This document shows positions 38,378 through 49,134 of a stretch of DNA of 64,000 bases, piece by piece. The number at the start of each line of letters is the position of its first letter. The stretch's first letter is position 1. The notes under the pieces were generated by a model. It was not told the DNA's origin. It saw only the letters and a program-made list of their open reading frames with translations, and ran no database searches. Source of the stretch: Carcharhinus amblyrhynchos (taxonomy: Eukaryota); the NCBI GenBank assembly GCA_965287045.1, contig OZ336871.1, positions 102,610,001-102,674,000 on the forward strand, in the 5' to 3' direction. The position numbers and the translations under genes are program-made.

Positions 38378-39459
38378 AATATATTTTCTTTATCTGTTGC
38401 TATCTTATATAACTTGACAAAGATGCCTCTCTAACAATTTGTGTACAGAGTTAAATTTCCAAGTTTTTGCTCAAAACTCAATTTGCTAAAGTTGGAGGTC
38501 AACCTTATGGCTGTGATCCTGCATGGTCACTTCTTCATTTGGTGGTCAAAACAGGTTTGGTGGGTGGGAGAAGGTGGAGATGGAAGCACACTGAGGTGTA
38601 GCCAAGATGCTCACAAAACTCAAGTAATGCCAATCCTTTATGATGGGCACGGGAACTCACAGCTGAATTAGAAGGGCCATCTGAACACTTGATTTCTGCA
38701 CAGACATCTTGAACAAAAAAGATCTAACATCTCTATATCTCTACTACGTTCACTTATTACTGCATTGACATCCACAATAATGTCATCCATTTACTTCTAA
38801 TATAGGGGCTACATTATCCCTGAAGAATTTTCATACAAGTTAAATTTTATGTAGCTTATTTTGCCAGTCACAAATTATCTCATTACTCTGTACCACTTCA
38901 TTACCCCACCCCATTATAAATTAGCAAAAGCAGAGTTCCAAAAAAGCTTCATTACTTATTTTAACTAATCCAAGTTTCCATGTTTCAGGATTTTAAAAAA
39001 ATGCATAATTAGATGCAATATTTTAAAGTTCTTCACCTATCATTTTAGTAAGTTTAAATAGAGGCTCAAAGATTCAGCTAACAAATTACAGTATAATAAA
39101 GAAACCTTTGCTTATCGATATTAACGTTTTGTTTATGCTGGTCTTGTTCAAAATAAAATTAAAAGCAAACACTAACACATTTGATTCTACGGTTGGTTAT
39201 TTTATCCTCCAAAATTGTACTTGTGAGGGTTAACCTTGTTAGTGACTATAGTCACAGTAACCACAAAGTTAACCTTCTCATCAAGGAACACAGCTGCGTG
39301 AACGAAATACCAAACAAGTCGATCTGGCACCTTGTCCACTTCGTTCTGCCTTTAAACAATAACAAAGGTTAATCCGCTCCCCAATTCTTTCAGACAAGAA
39401 AAACGATCCGAGGCGATAGAGTATCACCATCATTAAGTGCGATTGTGCTCCCAGCTAAC

Positions 39460-39720
39460 CTTCAGTTCCGATATATTTTATACAATGTGGGACTAGCAGC
39501 AGTGGTGTTTTACCGGCCGGTCACGGCTTGAACTGCTGCTGGTGCTGCCGCCGCGTAGGCGGGGAACTGCCCGAGAAACAAAGGAGCTGCCAGCGACGGC
39601 CGGCGGGAGGGAGGCCGGGCCCCGGCAACAGCGAACCCCCACACTCGGCAGTTGTACGGAACCCCCCCCCCCCCCGCCCGCGTCCGAGAGGCCGCGTAAA
39701 AAAAGGTCAGCACCGCCCCC
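39460..39720 (-). other. ANKIB1: candidate non-coding ANKIB1 exon 1
   Basis: minus-strand edge of the CpG island with donor-like CTGAAG|gttagc at 39460/39459; start site not determinable. Confidence 0.35.
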
Positions 39721-40130
39721 GACCAATCTAACCTGCCTCCCCCCACCCGCCGCTCATCGGGGAGCCTCCGCCAGAAGGGGCCCCCGGGGCTGAGTGTGAG
39801 TTACCCTGTGTGAGGCACCGCCAGCCTCTCTCCTCCCTCCACCTTCTCCTCCGCTCCAACTCCGACTGCGTGAAAACAAAAGGCCAGACCTCTGCTCCGG
39901 AAGTGCTTTCCCAGCTCTCGCCTCCGGGTGGGCGGGGCGAGTGCTTTGATCCGGAAGGACAAGTTGGAGCCGGGCTCCTTTCTTTTTTGTGTGAGGGCCG
40001 GAAGATGTGGCAGCAGTTTCCAGTTAAACACTGGCGGTGAGTAGAGGGCAGGGTAAGTGTGGTCTCGGCATCTTTCAGGCAACGTTATGGGGAAAGATCG
40101 TCTTTCTTCGCCCCATTGCTCGGGCGGGAC
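39500..40130. promoter_or_regulatory. CpG-island bidirectional promoter for ANKIB1 (-) and KRIT1 (+)
   Basis: only non-repeat GC/CpG-rich island in the window, between divergent first coding exons; CCGGAAG ETS/GABP sites at 39897, 39951, 39998; GC boxes at 39713 and 39930; CCAAT at 39723. Confidence 0.85.
39990..40052 (+). other. KRIT1: candidate non-coding KRIT1 exon 1 with two donors
   Basis: GCG|gtgagt (40036/40037) and AGG|gtaagt (40052/40053) just downstream of the ETS sites; start approximate. Confidence 0.55.
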
Positions 40131-40505
40131 TTGTCTGGAACATCTAACAGTTTCTGCTTATGAGCCATCCCCCACCCCTCCCCTCAATGGGACTCTCGGC
40201 TGCTTTTGTTGACAGTTTGAGTTCGGGCCTTACCAACCCCACACTGATCTGTGTCCAATATCTCGAGAAGTCAGTCAGTCAGTGGTCCTCTCTGTGTAAT
40301 CCACAATACATCATTGTTGAGGTGAGGGAGGGAGGGAGGGGATTGTTCTGGGGTGTACCATGAAGAGCGGGGGGAGCAATTGAGACGTTCTGCTTAATTT
40401 ATCCTTGGGAACAAGGGGACAGCACCCTTTACAAACTGCAGCAAACTACCGTGGATGCAGAAAATCTGTTATAAAAGCAGAAAATACTGGAGATTCTGAG
40501 CAGGT

Positions 40506-40761
40506 TAAAGGTTTAAAGTTTATTAGTGTCATAAGTCGGCTTACATTAACAATGTAATTAAGTTACTGTGAAAATCCCTTAGTTGCCACATTCCAGCACC
40601 TGTTCAGGTACACTGAGGGAGAATTTAGCGTAGCCAATGCACCTGACAAGGAGGAGACCAGGGGAAACCCACGCAGATACGGGTGAATGTGCAGACGCTA
40701 TGCAGACAGTGACCCAAGGCTTGAATTGAACCTGAGTTATGTGCTAGCCACTGTGCTGCCT
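40506..40761 (-). mobile_element. tRNA-derived SINE (variant tail) nested in a PLE family B element (~40430-40885)
   Basis: same tail as 4737-4991; flanks are gcagaaaatactggagattctgagcagg and gatgctgcctggcctgttgagt arms. Confidence 0.65.
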
Positions 40762-41284
40762 GTTACTTAAAAGTTTCAGATGATTAAAACTAATGAAAAA
40801 TCATCAACATGAAATGTTAAACTCTGGTTCTCTTTGCATAGATGCTGCCTGGCCTGTTGAGTAGTTCGAGCACCATTTTTATTCATGAATTGCTTTGGCC
40901 AGCTGAAACAGATTTTTAAAATCTTAACTTTATGCCACATTTTGTTTATGTTCAGATTACAAGTAGACAGATTTGGAACTGCTTTGTGATTGTGAAAAGA
41001 TAGTGAAGTAATGTTTTGTGCCAACTTGAATCCAAAGTAACTTGCATTTTCTGTTCACATGTTTTGTCACTTCCTATAAATAGGTAATTATTTAAGAAAT
41101 GACCTTCCTCCCAAGCTCTCATTAGAATGGCACACTGAAGGAAACTTAATCACTGGAATTCTATGGTACACTAACTTTGTATCATTGCACTATGCTACAT
41201 TTATGAAGGACACTGGTTCACATATGTGATCATCTTCATTTGGAAAATCAACGTTGGTCTATTTGGCATTTAGTGGGAGGGATT

Positions 41285-41655
41285 TTTTTTGCTTTTTGTG
41301 GGACTGCTGGGAAGGCTAGCACTTGTTTCCCTTTCTTAATTGCCCTTGAACCGAGTGGCTTGGTGGTCTATTTCAGAGGGCAATTAAGAGTTAGCCACAT
41401 TGCCATTGGTCTAGATTCACGTGTAGGCCATTCCAAGCAAGGCTGGCTTATTTCTTTTCCTGAGGGACATTAATTAACCAGGTGGGTTTTTACAACAGTC
41501 AGTATTTGATCACCATTTTTTCGCCTAGTTTATGTTCCAGATTTATTAATCAAATTTAAATTCCACCAGCTGCCATAGTGGGATTGGAATCTGTGTCCCC
41601 ACAGCAAATCAGAGTACTAGTTTCATGACACTACCACTAACTTGCCACCATCTCC
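41285..41655 (-). mobile_element. near full-length SINE: tRNA head + Meta/MESC-like domain + LINE tail
   Basis: minus strand ggagatggtggcaagttagtggtagtgtc head; shares aaccgagtggc..tttcagagggcaattaagag with 20309-20350. Confidence 0.65.
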
Positions 41656-41828
41656 TCTTCACTGCAACCATTTCCTCTTTATTGTTTATACTACATTACA
41701 GATAGTTGAGCAAATAATCTGAACTGACACATCAGTGTTGTACTAAGTAGTAAATGTAGCACATTTACTTTAACATCTCAATGTTTTGCACAAGTTAAGT
41801 TTGTCCTCTGTTACTTTTGCTTATAGCT

Positions 41829-42021
41829 AATCCAAAGATGTACCAAAGATGGATTGACCATGCTAAATTGCTGCTTAGTGTCCCAAGATGTGTAGATTAG
41901 ATGTATTAGCAATGAAAAATGTGTGGGATTACGGGAATAGGGTGAGAGGCAGGGCTTGGGTAAGATGCTGTAGACATGGGCCAAATGGCCCCCTCTGCAT
42001 TGGAGGGATACTATGATTCTA
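41829..42021 (+). mobile_element. HE1-like SINE 3' half
   Basis: tccaaagatgt..gattgaccatgctaaattg..gggccaaatggcc..ctatgattct. Confidence 0.7.
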
Positions 42022-42039
42022 AACTCCCACTAGAAGATC

Positions 42040-42470
42040 TAGTATCAAGATATGTCACACTCGTCTGTTTTGTGTTGTACTTGTGCCTCCACCCTAGCTC
42101 GCCTACAACTGCTCTGATTTATGTCAAGTTCACTCCTCTTTCTGCTGCCCTTTACTTTGCCCTCTTGAAAAGATCTCTGTAGCTTTGCAGTTCTGAGCAA
42201 ATACCTGAAGTACTGACATTTTCTTTTCTGGTTGACACTTTTTAGAATTATTGTTGCTCTCGCAATTTCAAGTACCTCTTCAGTTGTCTGGTGGTCTATA
42301 TATGAAATTTTTAGCATACGTGTCTTCCTAAGGCCTCCGTTTTCTTCCACAGACTTTTGTATTTCCACTTCAACCTCCACTCTAGTTTCTTCTAAAGTAT
42401 CCTAAATACATTGTTTTTGTCTTTTTGATGATACTCAACCCATATTCTAGACTTAAGATCCAAGATGATG
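42040..42470 (-). mobile_element. RTE-clade LINE 3' fragment
   Basis: RMLKISYIDHQTTEEVLE...RKCQYFRYLLR...EGKVKGSRKR matches the RTE/BovB ORF C-terminal pattern. Confidence 0.7.
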
Positions 42471-42477
42471 TAAGAGT

Positions 42478-42692
42478 GGGGAATTTTCCCAATATCCTGA
42501 CAACACCTAAATTTTAACCAATATCATCAGAAAAATCTGATTTATTTTACGGCTGTTTATGGGCCTTTGTGTGCAATTTGGCTACCACTTGTTCCTACAT
42601 TACAATAGTGATCACATTTCAAAAGAACTTTATTGGCCATAGTGTTGCATGCCCTGAAATCATAAAGGGTGCTATCTGAATGCAGTTCTTTA
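42478..42692 (+). mobile_element. Deu-domain (SacSINE1-like) SINE remnant
   Basis: gctgtttatggg..gtgtgcaatttggct..cctacattacaatagtga..caaaag..attggc..gctat..aatgcag. Confidence 0.55.
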
Positions 42693-45669
42693 TTTGCAAG
42701 GGACAAAATAGAAAGTATTTGCCTTACTAGTTTATATAGTGCCTGAGGTATGGAGGAGCAACAGATAAATCATGAAAATGTCAACTATGATCATATTGAA
42801 TGGCAGTGCAAACTCAGAGGCTCAAATTATCTAATGCTGCTCCTATTTCTCACCCTCTTGAAAACAAAGTTTTAATACAGGTTCAATATTCTTTGTCTGT
42901 AAATCTGAACACATCCAGTAACTGCACTCTTTTTTTTTGAAACCTCATCGTCCTTTAACATGGGAAGTCTGTGTCCGAGTTGACATTAACCTCAGCAACT
43001 GCACCTGTATTTATTGTTCAGTAGTAGTACATCTTATTTTTCTAGCTATTTTCTTTACTTTAGACTATAGAAAACCTAGGCTTTGGCCACTGTAATGTAA
43101 GTACACCTAGATGCACTACCAGGATACCAGGATATACAATTCAGGTTGAATCTGAGGTATTCATCGAGAAGAGGGAGTGGAATCATTTGAGAGAGTATGC
43201 AATTTATGACAGTAGCTGGAGAGATTGACATTATTCCCAGTGCTTTAATGCAAGAAATTGTGGGTGATCCAAGACTGGATATTGGACAAGCAGGAAAACA
43301 AAGGTAGTTTTCATGGATTTATATTTGTGTTAGTTTTAAGTGTGTTTAATGTTTCTGTAGAAGGAAGAGTAAAATCTACAGTTAGATTCATGCTGGACAA
43401 AAGTATTTGTGTTGGAGTTGGTTTCAATTCCAACTGTTGTTCTTTGTGCTTATGGAGGGTTACAGCGTGAAGAGTAAATATAAATCACAGTGGTTATTTA
43501 GAAACTGGGGGCCTTTTAAGGTAGGAAGATTTTTAAGTTTAGTTTTTAGCTGAATTTGTTTGCAATTGGAGACAGGACACCAGGAAGTGAACATCTCTCA
43601 ACTCTGCTAGAAGAAGCTGGGCAGGACAAGAGAGTTGCGAAGAGGCAGACTTCCCAAAAAACCAGTTGTAGTCCAGATAGCCAACAGAACAATCACTAGA
43701 CAATGGACATTGATTTAAGTGGACTGGGGTCAAGGGAGAAGGATTTGTTCTCATGAATAAAATGAACTGAGTGCAGATGGACCAGAAATTGCAGAAAGAA
43801 TCAAGGTGAAGGCATAGCTTTATGCCATTTTCTGAAAAGAGGGGTGATGTAAAGGGATGTGCTGCCTGGCTAATTAGAGCCTTCTCCTTTCTCTCTTTGC
43901 TTCTGGTGTGACTAGAGTTGTACTTTTCTGGTGCATCTTTCTCTTGCCAATGTTTTTACCTTCTGCGTGACACAATTCTTGTTGATGAAGCACGCAACCT
44001 GATCCATGCCTGCAGTGATGCTTGTTCAGAATTGTCTTGTAGATGTTGTTAAGGCCAATTTCTCCTGGGGAGCATTTCATAGTATCTGAAAGCAACCAGG
44101 TCAATACATTCTGACTCCCAATATTAAGGAATTAACTGAATAGGGTTTGAAATCTATTCCTTGATTTAGCACACAATGCTGTTCTCATCTCATTCTCTCA
44201 TCCTATTTTGTTCTTGTCCTTGTGCCCTTTTGCTACATTATCTATTTTTATCTTCATTTGAATAATTGTCAAAAGATGTTGGGAGCTGCAAACTGCATCT
44301 TTCAGTTGCAGTGTAGGGAAATGTGACCTGCTGCTGCTAAGAATTGAACTGAGTTAAATTCAATTCACTTCCATGTCATCTTGGTTCCCATTCATCCTCA
44401 ATTTCATTGCATTTTATATCCCTTCGGCTTCCCACTAATGACTCCCATCTACTCCTCTTTCCCTTTAAGAAATATTCACTCAACCCCAATATTCAACAAA
44501 CTGCATGGTTGTTTCCTACCTGCCATACCTCTCCATCTACCCCTACTTGTCTTGATTCTGTTTCTTACCTACTGTTTTCCCTGAAGTTGAGCAGCCAGCG
44601 ATCACCTTATCACAATGTATCCTTTGGAAGCTAGAAGCCATTTTATCTTCACATTCTGTTTTCTCCACTGAATACTGCTCACACCCTCTTGTTCCTGCTC
44701 GCCATGGATGAGCTTGTGTCGGCAAGCTTGAAAATAGAAAGCACAGGTACTTCCAGTGGCAATATCAGAAACTGCAGTCTCCAGAAACAATACCCCTCCA
44801 TATACCCTTTCAGTTTACTGTGTTGCTGTCAATAGCTTCAAGTTCAGGTGTGTTATGGTGAAATAAATGAGGTGATGCTTCTGCCTCCACTGCACCTGAG
44901 ATTAACCAGCATGTGATTACCTCATTAGGAATAAATAGGTTACTACAGTCTGAAATGGAGTCAGCTTTCCATCCAGCTGGATAGGCAAGCTTGACTGCTT
45001 CAGGCACAACCCAGAAATATGCCTCCACTTGCTGTTGTGTAGAAACTTTCCTCAGTGGCTATTAAGTTGTGTATTTATTGAACGTGTAGCTTTTCTGTTC
45101 TTTGTGCAGTGGAATCAACTCTGCTTTTATAGCATAAAGATTCTTTGGCAGTATTGCAATATCTACCCGTAATTGTTATATTTTTGGGTGTTAACATTAG
45201 CTATTTTCCTAATTCACTGCTGGAATGTTCCTATAAGCAAGCTTTTGCTGCCACTCGCCCAAAATAGTTATTATATTAGTTGCCCAATATCTTGGTAAAT
45301 GTATTGAGCTATAGAACTCAATACTTCTGAGTCAGGATTTCCTTATTGTGAAAGTAGATACCTCAGCCTGTGACTTAGCTGATATGCTAATAGACAGCTT
45401 AATTAAATAGTAAATGGAAAAAATAAACATTAGTAAATGTATAATATTGACAATAAATGATTGAGTATTTATGTTGAGACGATGCAAAGCATCAAAGATG
45501 TTCATCTTGCATCAATTATTACAACAAACAGTAGCTTGATGTTTACCTAAACTTCTGTGGTGGGTCCCTCGTGGTCAACCCAAAAAATTAGCTAGCTCAA
45601 ACTCAATCAAAGCTGCCAATCAAACACTTTATATTTAAGATGGAAACATGAAATGCTGCAGTCAGGCAG

Positions 45670-46106
45670 GATGTGGAGATGCCGGCGTTGGACTGGGGTA
45701 AACACAGTAAGAAGTCTGACAACACCAGGTTTAAGTCCAATCAATTTATTTGATAGTAAACTCATAAGCTTTTGAGGTTTACCTCTTCGTCAGGTGAATG
45801 AAGAGTTCTGGCCTGAGACACAGCATATAAAGCACAGACAGTTTGCAGATTACTGATTAGAATGTGAGTCTTTACACCTAACCTGCTATTCAAGTCTTAA
45901 GTTGGCCACTTTAAGACTTGAATAGCAGGTTAGCTGTAAAGATTCACGTTCTAATCAGTAATCTGTAAACTGTCTGTGCTTTATATGCTCTGTCTGAGGC
46001 CAGAACTCTTCCTCCACCTGACAAAGAGGTAAACCTCAAAAGCTTGTGAGTTTACTATCAAATTAATCGGTTGGACTCAAATCTGGTGTTGTCAGACTTC
46101 TTACTT
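45670..46106 (-). mobile_element. PLE-derived 400-bp palindromic element (family A) with a hammerhead motif in each arm
   Basis: tail 45670-45705, arms 45706-45905/45906-46105 centred on tgg|cca, TSD CAGTCAGGCAG at 45659-45669 and 46107-46117. Confidence 0.88.
45761..45798 (-). ncRNA. degenerate minimal type I hammerhead ribozyme motif (mirror copy at ~46014-46050, + strand)
   Basis: UUCAC-CUGACGA-A-GAGG-UAAA-CCUC-(G>A)AAA-GC-UU-AUGAG; the conserved GAAA box reads AAAA, so probably inactive. Confidence 0.6.
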
Positions 46107-47159
46107 CAGTCAGGCAGAAACAGTTAACATATCAAGTTGACTTTTCACCAGAACTAGGAAAAGTTAGAAATGTAATATTACCTTTTGTTTATTGTGTATG
46201 AGTTTTTGTAGTTTATATTGAATAAATATGTACTATGGCTATTTGGAAGCCAAATATAAAATCCCCCAAATCTCATGCTGCTGATTTGAGTGCTTATCCA
46301 CCAATAGTAAGAACAGTGTTCAAAGAAAGAACCCATTTCAGATTCCCAGGTTCTCAAAGTTTACTGCACAAACCACCAGCAAAGAAATGACAATATAAAT
46401 GTGATTATATTGCCTGGCTTCAAGAGCTAAATTGCTCAGGTTCAGACTGCATGTGGCCATGGGGTCATTGGTCATTCCTGCCTTAAAATATACAAAATAC
46501 ATTTGTGTTTAAATTGAATGATCTTGCTTCTACCTGAGAAATAATTTTGTGTCATTGGATTTCAGCTGGATGGATCCAGCTGGTGATTAGTGATTGGACT
46601 TTGAACATACTGAACTTGGCACGCATGTTGGGAGTTCCAAATTTAGCCATACTGATAACAATGCATCTTGACTTTTGCTATTTTTCTTTGCAAATTGCCT
46701 TTTTTTTTCTTAAGTGCACTTAAATGGAAAAAAGGCAATTTGTTACATGGTAGAAACATTGCAATATCTGAAAGTGAAGGGGTAAAATAAGTTGGGCACC
46801 TAACTTACAAGCTGATCAAATGGAACAACCTCGTCGGCTCCGAGATGCTGTAAATACATTGAAGTTAAAAGAATTGAAGAAGCGGTTAATGGCAAAATAT
46901 TGAATATGTGAAGAAAACATAAGGTTCTTAATGCATGAGACTTTCAGGATGCTATGATTGATTTTTGCCCACTGCTTCACTATGTTTTGAAACCCCAACG
47001 AATGACTGCCTCATTCATTATTGCTATATGCTGCAAATCTTCATAAAATATGAAATGATTTTATTTTGATATTCTGTCTCATAAATTAAAAAAAGTAAAC
47101 ACTTTGTTTCTGTTCACAGATGAGTTGTACAAGTGGTTGCTTTGATTCCAATTAAGTAA

Positions 47160-47276
<117 letters not shown>

Positions 47277-47896
47277 TAAATACTTTTTAAAGTATTCTCT
47301 AAGGATGTATAGCATGCCAAAAGTAAATGTGTTATGTTATATGAATTGATGTTCACAATTCCGTGATATTGCAGCTTCAGTGACTGAGAAAGAGAAGCTT
47401 TTTTTCTTGTTATAAGGGAAAATTCCTTTTGGCACATCTACAAACCAGGTTAATCACCTATTGGCCTTAATTTTTTTTTTAGTGAAATATCCAACCTCTT
47501 AATGCACAGTATTTTGAAGAAGAGTGCAAAGTATGCAGCACCTATAACCCTTGTAGGTAGCTGCCAACATAAAAGGTAGCGCATCTAGCTCATCAAATTA
47601 AGTTCTTTGAGAGAGTACTCAGATGGTAAATAAATGAATTAAGACTGTTTTCAGCCTTTGTTATATTTAACTGTATGCTGAGCTTTCAGTCACTATCTGT
47701 GCCATCACTGAGATCATCTAGTTTTGTAACATGTCCTTCCTCCGCACCGCCTCAGCTTATCTACTGCTGTAACACTTATCCATGCCTCGAGACTTAATTA
47801 TTCCAATGCACCCCTAACTGGTCTCCCAGGTTTTATCCTCTACATCTGAAACTCTTCTTCCTATGACTTAACTCTTGCCAAATGCTATTTGCCCAT

Positions 47897-48530
47897 AATA
47901 AAGACAAAGTGCTGGAAAAACTCAGCAGGTCTGGCAGGATCTTTGGAGAGAGAAAAACAAGTGTTAACATTTCAACTCGAACATGACTCTTCTTCGGAAC
48001 TGAAGGGAGGTATAAATGTACTGGGTTTTGTGCTGTTGAACAGGGGGAGGGAGGAAAGATCTTCAAAAGAGAAGGCCTCGGATAGGTTAGCAGGCTGGAG
48101 AGACTAAATAACAAAGATGCGTTGGAGCAAAAGGAATGGCATTCGTTGTGGCCAAGAAATAAACCGCTGGTCTAGAGTGAGTTTTAATGGCAAAATATGA
48201 ACAGCTCTGTATGAAAGCAAAAATATGAAAACAAGATATCAACTGGCATTTGGCAAAAAAAACAAAATGGAGGGCACAGTCCCTGGTCTCAAGTTATTGA
48301 ACTCTGTTGATCCAGAATGCTGTAAAGTGCCACATAGGAAGATGAAGTGTTATACATTAAGCTTGTGCTGACCTACACTGAAACATTGCAGTGAGCAAGG
48401 ACAAAAATGTGAACGTGAAAGCAAGCTGGTAAATTGAAATGGTAGCAATTGGAAGGTTAGCGTCATGCTTGCTGACTGAACAAAGGTTTCCCACGTAGCA
48501 GTCACCCAGTCTGCATTTGGTCTCTCCTGG
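47897..48530 (-). mobile_element. Penelope-like element 3' remnant (GIY-YIG endonuclease end + terminal repeat with hammerhead-like motif)
   Basis: minus strand GETKCRLGDC (48527-48498), HFIFLCGTLQHSG..EFNN (~48350-48293); then c(c)gaaga-agagtc..gagtt-gaaa-tgttaac and the family B arm. Confidence 0.7.
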
Positions 48531-48605
48531 ACTGCATCATCCATTTGTGCTCACTAATCTATACTAGCTCAGGTACAGCAATGCCCCCATTTTAAAATTC
48601 TCATC

Positions 48606-48765
48606 AAGATAAAAGCAAAATACTTTGGATGCTGGAATTGGAAACAAAAACAGAAAATGCTTTGACGTGCTCTGTCGAAGGGTCATCTAGGCTCAAGGTT
48701 GACTCTATTCTCTCCTCACAGAAGCTGTCACACCTGCTGAGATTTTCTTGCATTTTCTGTTTTTG
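48606..48765. mobile_element. short PLE family B fold-back element
   Basis: tail + aaacaaaaacagaaaatgc ... gcattttctgtttttgttt; TSD tttaaaattctcatc (48591-48605)/tttaaaatactcatc (48766-48780). Confidence 0.7.
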
Positions 48766-49055
48766 TTTAAAATACTCATCCTTGTTTTCAAATCCCTCCA
48801 TGGTCTTGCCCCCACCCTATTTCTATAATCTCCTCCAGCCTCACTACCTTCTGAGTTATCTGCGACCCCTCAATTCTGGCCCCTCGAGCATCACCGATTT
48901 TAATTGCTCCACCGTTGGTGGCTGTGCCTTCAGCTGCCTAAACTCTGGAATTCACTCTCTGCTCCTCTCCTTAACATGCTTCTTTTCAGACACTTCATAA
49001 AACCTACCTCTTTGAATGGTCCTTTGATCATCTACCCTATGGTGTCCTTTACTGG

Positions 49056-49134
49056 TGTGGAGATGCCAGCGTTGGACTGGGGTAAACATAGTAAGAAGTC
49101 TCACAACACCAGGTTAAAGTCCAACAGGTTTATT
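49056..49134 (-). mobile_element. PLE family A terminal fragment (tail + part of arm)
   Basis: tgtggagatgccagcgttggactggggtaaacatagtaagaagtctcacaacaccagg, homologous to 45672-45750. Confidence 0.75.

Noticed and set aside
39493-40082. Six overlapping G/R/P-rich ORFs
   Set aside because: Expected from stop-codon scarcity in a CpG island; no recognisable protein features.
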